IMG/VR virus record: IMGVR_UViG_3300013713_000001
Coordinates: 1-64,000 of that record
DNA from: a virus
Lineage: Duplodnaviria; Caudoviricetes
Direction: 5' to 3' (one strand)
Length of the DNA: 64,000 nucleotides
The translations under genes were made by a program, and so were the position numbers. Under the pieces are notes generated by a model, which saw only the letters and a list, made by a program, of their open reading frames with translations, did not search any database and was not told where the DNA came from. This document shows positions 17,779-26,662 of the stretch, in pieces (the first letter of the stretch is position 1; every line of letters starts with the position of its first letter).

Positions 17779-18455
17779 GCTGCCTTGTTCGGGATGTTGG
17801 TGTCGATCAAACGACCACGCAAAAGGTAGTGCACCGTACTCAATACCTTCGTTCCCGAACCTTTACGCAAGCTGCCATCGGTCGTCGTCTTGCCTGTGGT
17901 CAAAAGGTCATTCTTGTACGCTTTAAGTGCATCCTGGTCGCCACCCTTGACGTTGTACAGCTCATTCGCCATGGTGGTAAGACCGAGTCCTCGCAGTACA
18001 GTGATCTCAGGCATACTGATACCCGTTGCCCGACTCTCCATCGACACTTGACCGGTAAGGTCGTCGATCTTGTAGTCGTTCTTCGCGGCATTGAACTTTT
18101 TCGCCCAGAATTGGCGCTGTGCCCGAATCTCGGAACGGCCACAGATAGCTTCGTTGGGCGACATCGACATAATCTGTGTATCTTCGTCGTAAGAAATAAC
18201 CCGCTGCATGATCTTCACGCCGTCCAGCTCACAAAGAGCCATCAGGGTGTCATACTCTAACTCTTCTGCTTTAATACCACCAGGTGACCAGATCGGTAAT
18301 GAATTCCCCTCCATCAACCATCTGACCATACCTTCAATCTGCGCATCCGACGAATCTTTGAAGATTCGCTCGTAAATAAGGCGGTTGCCCCCACCTTTCG
18401 TGACCCGACCCATTCGGTCCAGGACCAGCTTCTCGAACGCCTTACGATTCGCCAT
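17775..18455 (-). CDS. Virion RNA polymerase beta subunit, C-terminal fragment (phiKZ gp149-like)
   Basis: LTGQVSMESRATGISMPEITVLRGLGL...ELYNVKGGD aligns by eye with the RpoB C-terminal TQQP...GGQRFGEMEVWAL...EMLTVKSDD; adjacent to the UvsX-like gene as in phiKZ. Confidence 0.8.
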   Translation of the reverse strand: MANRKAFEKLVLDRMGRVTKGGGNRLIYERIFKDSSDAQIEGMVRWLMEGNSLPIWSPGGIKAEELEYDTLMALCELDGVKIMQRVISYDEDTQIMSMSPNEAICGRSEIRAQRQFWAKKFNAAKNDYKIDDLTGQVSMESRATGISMPEITVLRGLGLTTMANELYNVKGGDQDALKAYKNDLLTTGKTTTDGSLRKGSGTKVLSTVHYLLRGRLIDTNIPNKAA

Positions 18456-18457
18456 GA

Positions 18458-18832
18458 TTACTTCCTCGGGTAACCGTAGCGCGTAAACGTCTTGCTGGTA
18501 ACGGTTGCGACTTCACGTGCCGACTCAATGTACGGGTCATCAGGAACAGACGTAATCACCACAACCTCATCAAACAACTGGGCTGAGTTCTCCAACATCT
18601 GACGGAACATGGTCTTGTTTTTATCCATGACGTCGATGAGGGGGATAGTGGTGTCAACATTCCCCAGGCCGTAATAGCCAGACACCGTAAAGAACGAAGC
18701 TTTGTTATCACTTCGAGCGGTAACCTTATCTTTGAACGTTGTGATGTATTCCTCAGGATCGAGGCACAGGTTGATAAAGTTACGTTCTACGACGACGAGA
18801 ATGTTGATGCGCTGCTCAGTAGCTTCCATCAT
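18458..18832 (-). CDS. Hypothetical protein
   Basis: 124-aa ORF in an operon with the gp149-like gene. Confidence 0.65.
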   Translation of the reverse strand: MMEATEQRINILVVVERNFINLCLDPEEYITTFKDKVTARSDNKASFFTVSGYYGLGNVDTTIPLIDVMDKNKTMFRQMLENSAQLFDEVVVITSVPDDPYIESAREVATVTSKTFTRYGYPRK

Positions 18833-18900
18833 GATAGGTACTTCCCCTGAAGCATAAGGTAAGGGGTAACCGAAGTTACCCTCCCTCTAAATAATGTTTA

Positions 18901-20367
18901 CTAGTTTGCTTTCTTGCTCGGATCAGTGTAGCCCTTTACCCAATAAGGATCGCGCTCACCAACTGCGATCCGGACCAACTCGAACGTTGTTACGGTGTGT
19001 TTCTTGATATCGGGGTTGGTAAACCAGTAGTCCACCGTGTTCTCGAGGATGTCATTCCAGTCGAGACCACGTGCTTTAACCTTATCGTACAATTCCTGAG
19101 GAGTCAGACGATAGTGCAAAGGCTGCTTGAACCAGAAGGTCCGCATGAACCACAAGTGGTAGATAATCGTGAGTGCACGCACCAGCTTTGGATCATCCAA
19201 CGTCTTTGCCCAGACAGTTGTACGACCGATCTTGCACTCGGGGTAGATCGTGACCCAGTGGCTGATCTTGCTGCCATCTAATCCGAAGTACTTGGAGGAC
19301 TTCAGAGCGTGGTACATAGTCAGACCTTCCTGGATCCCCATCGACTGGCTGCCGATAAAGAATGACATGATGCCCGACATCCCCGCCTTGTTCCGGTAGG
19401 GTTGGTTGGCGTAATGCATCAAGTCTGGAACTTCTTTAGAATCGGCGTTCATCTCAACGTCACGGCCGAACGGGTTGGGGTACAACCATTCGTTGCCTTC
19501 TTTGAGTAGACTGCCTTTAATGATTTCGTGCGCGATCTGAGGAATGCGCAGGAGACTACGAGGACCCTTGAGTTTGCGACCTGGTCGGATGAACACCGAC
19601 TCTTTCTCTTCTGGTCGACCCGTCAAGTTGATCTTCTCGGTAATCTGCGCTACCCAGATCTGGTAGATCCCACAAACGGAACCCAGGACGTCGGCATCTT
19701 CGTGCACAATCCGTCTGGCGTTACCGATCGAGAGGTCTCGAGTACGTTTCTCACCCCCCTCGTCCACATCACCTTCTTGGAAGTGCTGGGAGATCTTACC
19801 AAAGTGCATCTCAGAGATAGAATCAGTCACGATCAGGATCGGTACAATGATCTTGATCGGCTTCTTCTTCTCGTCAACCACCGGGGTCTCGATGAAGATG
19901 TCTTCGCCAGCAGCCAATTGCTCACGAACCGCGGCGTTGATCTCGCGGAACTTGGCTTTGACGAAGTTACCGTCACAGGGGTTCTTGATGTCGCTTTTCG
20001 AGAAGTAGAAGAAACGCTTCCCGTTGATGTGTTCTTCGAAGTAGCCTGGGATACCGAATTCACGGTCGACAGCTTCTGCGAGCCGGCTGACCTTGAAGTT
20101 ATCCTCGATATCGTTAACGATCGCAATGCTCCCTGCGATACGATAGAGAACCCGTGCAATGGAGAGTACGCACACGCCCGTCTTCTGCGTATTGTTACCC
20201 CCCGTGACCGCCTCGTTGCGCGTTACCCCACCATTGTTCAGGGCTTCGCCGTGCTTACCGTACACTACCTCCGTATTCAACATATCAAAGACACAAGAAA
20301 AAGGAAGGTCCAGCGTGATGGTACTGGACGATTCAAGCGTCGAAATGAACTTGAGCGGACTCGACAT
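18901..20367 (-). CDS. uvsX: UvsX/RecA-like recombinase (phiKZ gp152-like)
   Basis: 488 aa; variant P-loop TGGNNTQKTG, DIED, Walker B ILIVTDSISE, and RNKAGMSG; expected gene order. Confidence 0.75.
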   Translation of the reverse strand: MSSPLKFISTLESSSTITLDLPFSCVFDMLNTEVVYGKHGEALNNGGVTRNEAVTGGNNTQKTGVCVLSIARVLYRIAGSIAIVNDIEDNFKVSRLAEAVDREFGIPGYFEEHINGKRFFYFSKSDIKNPCDGNFVKAKFREINAAVREQLAAGEDIFIETPVVDEKKKPIKIIVPILIVTDSISEMHFGKISQHFQEGDVDEGGEKRTRDLSIGNARRIVHEDADVLGSVCGIYQIWVAQITEKINLTGRPEEKESVFIRPGRKLKGPRSLLRIPQIAHEIIKGSLLKEGNEWLYPNPFGRDVEMNADSKEVPDLMHYANQPYRNKAGMSGIMSFFIGSQSMGIQEGLTMYHALKSSKYFGLDGSKISHWVTIYPECKIGRTTVWAKTLDDPKLVRALTIIYHLWFMRTFWFKQPLHYRLTPQELYDKVKARGLDWNDILENTVDYWFTNPDIKKHTVTTFELVRIAVGERDPYWVKGYTDPSKKAN

Positions 20368-20456
20368 GTTCTAGTAAATCCTAGTCATTTTATGAAATTA
20401 GTAAGGTGTGAAACCTTTAACACACTTTCCCAACTATACAGATAAGAGCTACAGTT

Positions 20457-21326
20457 ATGGAAAATATTGACGACACCAGTTTCGAGAGTCAGTACACTGT
20501 CTTCCAGAGAGAACTGGAAGAACTTAAATTCATCGATGCAGTCAAGAATTACGAGCCTTTGGAGATTGCGGGTGTCGAATCCCTGAGTCTCGGTGAGAGC
20601 ATTAGCCTGTTCTTCTCCGAGTTCGGGACGACCGTAGACAAAAAAGTTGCTATGTTTTCTCGACCCGTTCACATGGTCGATAACAATAAATTGCGTAATA
20701 TGGTAGCCCGGAAGGAAATCAATTTCGTCCGCCATAGCGCAGTGCCGATCACGGTCCCTGTAAACTATACACCGGGCATCGCTAATATGATGATGCACGT
20801 TAAAGGTGCGGTGGAAGGGGTCTACCTGATTGGGTCCCTGCGTACCGAAACGAGCCGACTCTACGACTTCTTGAAGCAGATGATCAAGACCGGCCGTAGC
20901 GACAAACGTTTCCGCTGGACGATCAACAACCTCGATGAAGTGATCCTCAGCGCGGACACCTTTATCAAGGGCCTCCCAGAAGATCCTCGTCGTCTGAAGG
21001 TTCCGCTGTCAGAAGTCTACGTCAACTTCAATGAGATGCTCGAAACCATCGACGTCTACAACACCTCGTTGAAGACGTTGAGTGCCCGTGATGTGGAAGT
21101 GGTGGCCCGTGAGCTGACGAACACCTACCACCTCGGTGAGCTGCTGATCGAAAAGATCAAGTCCAACGAGCTGACCTTTGAACGCAACGTGCTGACCGAC
21201 CTGGAACTGACGATCAACAACTTTGTTCGCCTGGTAGACATCAGTGGTGCCATGATGACCCTCCTGAACGAACTGAGCGCCGTTTTCCGCGAGCAGATCA
21301 AAGAAGTAGTAGCAATGAAAGGCTAA
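20457..21326 (+). CDS. Virion (head) structural protein, phiKZ gp153-like
   Basis: 289 aa, divergent from uvsX; acidic N-terminus with a G-V-E candidate prohead-protease site. Confidence 0.6.
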   Translation: MENIDDTSFESQYTVFQRELEELKFIDAVKNYEPLEIAGVESLSLGESISLFFSEFGTTVDKKVAMFSRPVHMVDNNKLRNMVARKEINFVRHSAVPITVPVNYTPGIANMMMHVKGAVEGVYLIGSLRTETSRLYDFLKQMIKTGRSDKRFRWTINNLDEVILSADTFIKGLPEDPRRLKVPLSEVYVNFNEMLETIDVYNTSLKTLSARDVEVVARELTNTYHLGELLIEKIKSNELTFERNVLTDLELTINNFVRLVDISGAMMTLLNELSAVFREQIKEVVAMKG

Positions 21327-21333
21327 AGCATAC

Positions 21334-21372
21334 ATAGTCCCCTACCGGCCTTGTGGGGCCGGTAGGGGCTAT
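21334..21372. terminator. Bidirectional hairpin (CCCTAC family)
   Basis: ATAGTCCCCTACCGGCC-TTGTGG-GGCCGGTAGGGGCTAT. Confidence 0.8.
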
Positions 21373-21379
21373 AGCGTAT

Positions 21380-22882
21380 TTATGCGTCTCGACCCAACTC
21401 TGCGAGTGTCAGCACCCTCAGATTAGCAACCGCTGAGGTATGAACGTAGATGAACTCTTCCGTCACTACCAAGGTTGAGTACCGCAGGCCCATTTCATTC
21501 CGGGTGTCTGTTACGCACCACACACGGACTTCTGGATCTTCCACGCTGTTAAACGAGTTACGGTCCGGAAGGTCATAACCCACGGACAGGTTGATGGGAA
21601 CCGGCTTAGCCGAGGAAGGATGGTCCACCTTCAAGACAAAAGTCTTACGTTCCTGGGTAAAGTCAGGGTTCAGCTTGAGTTTCTTCACCCCCTTACCGTT
21701 GACCTCAGTGACATAGATCATGTCAGTAATGTCGTAGAACGTCGAGTACCCGGATTTGTTGTGTTCATCCTTCTTCATGAAGGCATCAAAGATAATGTCC
21801 AACGTGGCCAGATAATCCTTGATCCGGTAGCTCATCAGGACAGGACTGATCAGTTCCATCAGCAGTGGCTTGCTTTTCTGCTTTGTGAACGGACTAAAGA
21901 TCTTGCCCTTCTTGTTTGGAACACCAGGGACCTGATCAATCAAGCGCACCAGGTCTTTACTGACGATGTTGTTTAGATCACCCGCGAGCAAATAACCATT
22001 GCTGTTGTCGATCCGCTCATTGCAGAAGTTGTAGAGCTTATCCAGCAACTCCAGCGGTTTCTTCGTGTACAGCTTCGAGAAGGTCACGTCTGGAGTCAGC
22101 TTACCGTAGTAACCTTTGTCCGGCTCAACCTTACCAAAGCCGTAGACCCGGTAGCCGTCGTGAAGGTCATAGAACGTACTGCCTTCACCACTGTCACAGT
22201 ACCAACGGGAAGCGTCCACCAGCTTGTTGAAATGGACCTCAGGATCCTCGTACTCTTTACGAGGCATGATGCTCAATTCGTTACTGGCTTTAAAGCCCCA
22301 CAGTGTAATCACCTGAGCAAGGTCGAGACGCTTCTGGCATTCCCGCACCCCAGCACCGCCTTCGGCCATGCCTGTGAAATCGAAGATAACTGAACGACCG
22401 GTTTCTTTGAACCACTCTAGGGTATCAAAGATGTCTTTAAGCAGTTCCCGTTCCTTGTCGTTAACCACCTCACCGGCAAACTTGAGGTCTTCCTTGTGTT
22501 TGAGATCCCCCTCCTTGAAACGAGAGATCGCGCCCAATTCTTTATGCGTCGTGATGACACACAGGTTTTTCATGGTCGGTTCGGTCTTGAACAGATCCAT
22601 GGTGGTAAGGAAGCCTTGGAGAAGCGCTTCGGTTTTGGTTCGACGGTCAGTGATCTCTAGGGACACAATGTCCTTTACCACAACCACGGTGTTGGCTTTC
22701 TGTACGTTGTTCGTGTAGTAGCCCGAAGACGTCGGGACGTCCTTAACAAGCTTCTTCTTTCCCGCTTGAGTCACATCGTACGTGTAACCATGGGCACCGA
22801 AGAAATGGTGGATGGACTTCTGTTTGATTGAGTCCAACATGAAATACATGACCAGGTTAATGGTCGGCACAATCTCTTCCAT
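21380..22882 (-). CDS. RNase H-like protein (phiKZ gp155-like), catalytic residues look degenerate
   Basis: 500 aa; GAHGYTY, YGKLTPD, GYDLPDRN and RYST patterns plus position between gp153- and gp157-like genes. Confidence 0.55.
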   Translation of the reverse strand: MEEIVPTINLVMYFMLDSIKQKSIHHFFGAHGYTYDVTQAGKKKLVKDVPTSSGYYTNNVQKANTVVVVKDIVSLEITDRRTKTEALLQGFLTTMDLFKTEPTMKNLCVITTHKELGAISRFKEGDLKHKEDLKFAGEVVNDKERELLKDIFDTLEWFKETGRSVIFDFTGMAEGGAGVRECQKRLDLAQVITLWGFKASNELSIMPRKEYEDPEVHFNKLVDASRWYCDSGEGSTFYDLHDGYRVYGFGKVEPDKGYYGKLTPDVTFSKLYTKKPLELLDKLYNFCNERIDNSNGYLLAGDLNNIVSKDLVRLIDQVPGVPNKKGKIFSPFTKQKSKPLLMELISPVLMSYRIKDYLATLDIIFDAFMKKDEHNKSGYSTFYDITDMIYVTEVNGKGVKKLKLNPDFTQERKTFVLKVDHPSSAKPVPINLSVGYDLPDRNSFNSVEDPEVRVWCVTDTRNEMGLRYSTLVVTEEFIYVHTSAVANLRVLTLAELGRDA

Positions 22883-22944
22883 TGGCGGATCTCTTATTTA
22901 AAGGTTGGTGCATTCCTATAATGCACCGCCCAGTGGATAAAAGT

Positions 22945-23394
22945 TTAAGGCCGACATTGCCTCAACAAAGCATCGTTGTTAGCAGTGATTCGACGGTTCG
23001 TAGACGCAAGGACCATGATCGATCGCTTGAGAAATACGTTTTCTACCGTAAGGGAAATCGCGTAGCGCCCCAGCCAATTATTTTGTTCCTGGATAAGTCC
23101 AATTTGGCTCCCCGTCTGGTTGTTAACCCGAACAAAGGAGCTCAAGGCAGAACTTTCTCCTCCGTCGAATAGAACACTGACCTTGGCCAGGCTTTCTTGC
23201 GAAGCATCGAGTTCCATCCGTAGGTTGATGTTAGCCAGGAACATCGAAAAGTTAACAAACAAAGACAGGGCTAGGACAAAGCCAATGGTCTTTATTGCTT
23301 TCGTTAACTGATTCTCAACAGACTCACCTTGAAACATTTTTATTATGAATTCTATGAGTCTGTCGGCCATCTCCTTCGCTATACCGAGCGTCAT
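22945..23394 (-). CDS. Single-pass membrane protein with coiled coil
   Basis: Hydrophobic IGFVLALSLFVNFSMFLANI followed by a helical region; ATG 23394 after AAGGA. Confidence 0.6.
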   Translation of the reverse strand: MTLGIAKEMADRLIEFIIKMFQGESVENQLTKAIKTIGFVLALSLFVNFSMFLANINLRMELDASQESLAKVSVLFDGGESSALSSFVRVNNQTGSQIGLIQEQNNWLGRYAISLTVENVFLKRSIMVLASTNRRITANNDALLRQCRP

Positions 23395-23431
23395 TGGTCT
23401 TTTCCTTACTTCACGGTGAGAGTTTTTAAAT

Positions 23432-24775
23432 ATGAGCACGTCCTTCCTGTCGTTTGCTACTATCACCAAACTTTATAGCAACAATATACAAGTCGTTTCG
23501 CCGATCGGCGAGATGAGCAACAAGTCGCGGAGCTATGCACGAGACCCCGGAGAATTCTCCTTGGCGGTAAGCGTAGCCAGTGCAACTACCCTTGTCAACT
23601 TCTTGTCAACTAAAGACGGCAAAGAAATCGTTATGCCTCAGGCGATCGCTGAGGCGCAAATTGGCATCTCTAACTGGCTCTATGCACAGGCACTACTCGG
23701 GAACATTACCTCGAGCCGTACCAGCTGCCTGCAATTGCTGAAGAACCAGTTCACCACCAACATTATTGTTGAAGAAGTGGGGGAGATGGCAACTAACAAC
23801 TCGGTTTACTTGCCTAGCTATGTCAAAGGGTACCACCTCGTCGGAACGGAGAAACAGTCGTTCTACATGTGGATGGCGGACGCCTACTTCCGTCTGCAAT
23901 ACCCACAAGTTAAATTTACTGTCATTCATCCACTTCCCCTGGCGGAAATGGATTGGTTGATGAACGCGAATTACCAAGATATCGCGACACGTCTCGCAGC
24001 TGAGACGCCGATGGTGGTAGCGAAGCGTGAATCTCTTGCTACCGATGGGTATGCCTGGCCGGGTACAGAACGTAACCCGATTGAATTCCAGATCATGGAT
24101 TTGATTAACACGGGCAAGTCTAACGTTGGTACGTGGATTGTCTGGTCCTGGGGGAACGGGGCCGACGCAGAAGATATGCTGCTGGATCAGATCCAAGCAG
24201 AGATCATGGCAAAGACTGCCTACCCCCGTGCGAAGTGGGAAGAAAAGATCCCTGATCTGTTCAACCCGCTGGAGTTCTACGTCATTCCGGAATTTGGTCG
24301 CCTGGGGGTTAAGAACCGTACCAATGGTTCCAGTACGTACTCCCCTATCGTTGATCGCGAAGCCGTGATGAACATCGCAACCAAGTACCTTGGCCCCACC
24401 ATGCCAGCAGCCCATCTCATAAAATCCGGTCAGACGGTTCCGTTCATGTACAAATCTCTGCAAGCACTCTTTGTTGCAAAGACAAACAACCGGGCCGACA
24501 TGCTGAAAATCAGTGGGGTAATTCCTGATTATCAGCTGATTGCATCCAAAGAACCTGAGTTCGGTGAGATGTCTCAGGTCACGATGGACTTTATCATGGG
24601 CATGGAAAACCTCTTGGCGGCAGCCGAAACGGTTACCCCAATCTCCCTGCTCCCTACCGGTATCCAGCGGATCGAACGTCTCGGAAAAGTCTGTGTTGCA
24701 AAACGCATCGGCAAGGTGAAGTATGTTGTCTTTACCCGCTGGCAGATGATTCAGGACAAGTTGGTCACGGAGTAA
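23432..24775 (+). CDS. Virion structural protein (phiKZ gp157-like)
   Basis: 447 aa; SPIGEMS, W..KIPDLF...EFYVIP and YSPI patterns; gene order. Confidence 0.65.
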   Translation: MSTSFLSFATITKLYSNNIQVVSPIGEMSNKSRSYARDPGEFSLAVSVASATTLVNFLSTKDGKEIVMPQAIAEAQIGISNWLYAQALLGNITSSRTSCLQLLKNQFTTNIIVEEVGEMATNNSVYLPSYVKGYHLVGTEKQSFYMWMADAYFRLQYPQVKFTVIHPLPLAEMDWLMNANYQDIATRLAAETPMVVAKRESLATDGYAWPGTERNPIEFQIMDLINTGKSNVGTWIVWSWGNGADAEDMLLDQIQAEIMAKTAYPRAKWEEKIPDLFNPLEFYVIPEFGRLGVKNRTNGSSTYSPIVDREAVMNIATKYLGPTMPAAHLIKSGQTVPFMYKSLQALFVAKTNNRADMLKISGVIPDYQLIASKEPEFGEMSQVTMDFIMGMENLLAAAETVTPISLLPTGIQRIERLGKVCVAKRIGKVKYVVFTRWQMIQDKLVTE

Positions 24776-24779
24776 CAGC

Positions 24780-25412
24780 ATGGCTGATAACAACATTATC
24801 CCCGCACCAAGAGCAACCGGGCGCTTCGAGGCTAACGAGCCTTTCAACCGAGTCGTTAACCCGGCGGCCACCTACACTGTTGAAGCCATTCGAAGTGTAA
24901 GTGAAATGCAGGGGTTGAACATCAACATCTACCAACGGGTATTTCAACCGCTGGGGGTTGATCAAACGGCTTACCTGAGCATGTTGGAAGGGATCATTGC
25001 GGCTGGAGGGATGATCCTTACCCTCGTCCCCCGTAAAGGCGCGCCGGTCTATGTAGCGAGCAATTACCTCAAGAGCTTTCCTCTGGTCGATGGGTTCCTC
25101 TACGAACGCATGGTCCTGATGTCTGATCTTGGGGCGCTGCCAGCAACGATGAGACCTGCCCTGGAGGAAGCCATTGCCCACTTCCAGGATTACATCAGTG
25201 CACACTACGGGATCAAGGGAACTGTAAAGCTGGGAACGGTTCCTGTGATCGGCTACGTCTCCCAGTTCGAGCACGAAACCATGGAGACCGCTCGGAAGAA
25301 CCGTATCGCTGACAATAACAGTGATCTGGCAAAGAACCGTGCACTGGAAGAACAGGTTACGACACAACAGCTCTACATCAAGTCGCTCGAGAAACGCCTC
25401 GGAATCACCTGA
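24780..25412 (+). CDS. Conserved phiKZ-like protein, probably structural
   Basis: 210 aa, 4 nt after the upstream stop; C-terminal coiled coil. Confidence 0.65.
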   Translation: MADNNIIPAPRATGRFEANEPFNRVVNPAATYTVEAIRSVSEMQGLNINIYQRVFQPLGVDQTAYLSMLEGIIAAGGMILTLVPRKGAPVYVASNYLKSFPLVDGFLYERMVLMSDLGALPATMRPALEEAIAHFQDYISAHYGIKGTVKLGTVPVIGYVSQFEHETMETARKNRIADNNSDLAKNRALEEQVTTQQLYIKSLEKRLGIT

Positions 25413-25424
25413 TGCATACATAAC

Positions 25425-25460
25425 CCTACTCCTGGAGAGCCACGGCTCTCCAGGAGTAGG
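25425..25460. terminator. Bidirectional hairpin (CCCTAC family)
   Basis: CCTACTCCTGGAGAGC-CACG-GCTCTCCAGGAGTAGG, a 16-bp perfect stem. Confidence 0.85.
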
Positions 25461-25472
25461 ACTACTTAAGCG

Positions 25473-26636
25473 TTAACGTTTGACGCGTACCATCGAGCCA
25501 ATAGCCCGGCCGTCGCTCATGTCGGCTTTGACATGGTGTTTGTACGGACTGATGACGTCAGCGTGACCCGAGTCGATCAACAGAGGACCCAGCAGGTCGG
25601 TAAAGCTTTCGGTGTACCCTTCAAGGATCTTCGTGCGGAAGTCCAGTTCTGGCTCGGGTGCACGAATCGGCTGACCGCCGCCTTCGGGGTATTCCCAGAC
25701 AAACCAGCTGCTGATGTCCAACCGCAGATCACGACGGGTGGAGGTGTCTGCACCTTTGCGATAGTGGTACAGCTTGTCCAGGATGTCGTTGGCAACCTTG
25801 TCCAGGAGTTCAACACCGTGTTGGCCGTCGTAGCTAAAGACTTTACCGGTGTAGTGACTGGTAGCCATGAGGATCGAGGTGATCTCTTTCCGCAACAGTT
25901 CCAGAGCCGCCCCTTTCAGACGCGAGCCACGGATAACCTTTTCGATCTCCTGGTTGACGCTCCGCTCATGGGTGCGCAACTTCGAGACCACTTGGTTATA
26001 GGTCGGGTTGTCGTTTGGCTCAAGGCCGAACTCAGGCTGGATCCCGATAATGATTGGTGACATGTCTTCGCCTTCTGCAGGCTCAGGCAGCTTCGGGTAG
26101 ATCCGATCGAAACGCAGCTTGAAGCGACAGGTGTCTTCCGCCGACGCGTTGAACGACATGTAGAGGTCGTAGACCCGTTCGTTCGTGAGGGGGAGGAGTC
26201 GACGACTGACCGAGAGAATCTCTTTGATCTGTCGAGCGATTTTCTCACTGAGTTTCGAGACGCCGGCGTCGATCTGCCAGAGGTCGCTTTGGGTAAACCC
26301 GTCGAGTGGGTGGGAGTCGGCTGGAGCCAGCCATCCTTTGGGGAATTCGTACGGCATCAATTCCATCGCCTGCAGGTCCTGGAGGATGCGTTTATCCATG
26401 CAGACCAGTGGCGTGTTGATAAGGATGTTTGTCAGTTTCTTGTCCAGCTTAAAGGTGTTGGATACCCCACCCTCGCGTTCGAAACGAACAAGCGCAACTT
26501 CTGCGTTCTCCTTTTCGGACCACTTATGCAACACGTAGATTTCAGGCAGCTTGATCTGCTCGTTCTGACTCCAGATGAGATCATGAACAAGCATCAGGTT
26601 GGCGTGCATAACGGTATCGCGGTTGATCAGTTCCAT
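25473..26636 (-). CDS. Hypothetical protein
   Basis: 387 aa, AAGGA Shine-Dalgarno, phage-like codon usage. Confidence 0.7.
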   Translation of the reverse strand: MELINRDTVMHANLMLVHDLIWSQNEQIKLPEIYVLHKWSEKENAEVALVRFEREGGVSNTFKLDKKLTNILINTPLVCMDKRILQDLQAMELMPYEFPKGWLAPADSHPLDGFTQSDLWQIDAGVSKLSEKIARQIKEILSVSRRLLPLTNERVYDLYMSFNASAEDTCRFKLRFDRIYPKLPEPAEGEDMSPIIIGIQPEFGLEPNDNPTYNQVVSKLRTHERSVNQEIEKVIRGSRLKGAALELLRKEITSILMATSHYTGKVFSYDGQHGVELLDKVANDILDKLYHYRKGADTSTRRDLRLDISSWFVWEYPEGGGQPIRAPEPELDFRTKILEGYTESFTDLLGPLLIDSGHADVISPYKHHVKADMSDGRAIGSMVRVKR

Positions 26637-26662
26637 CTTTTTTCCTTAAAGGGATTTGTACT

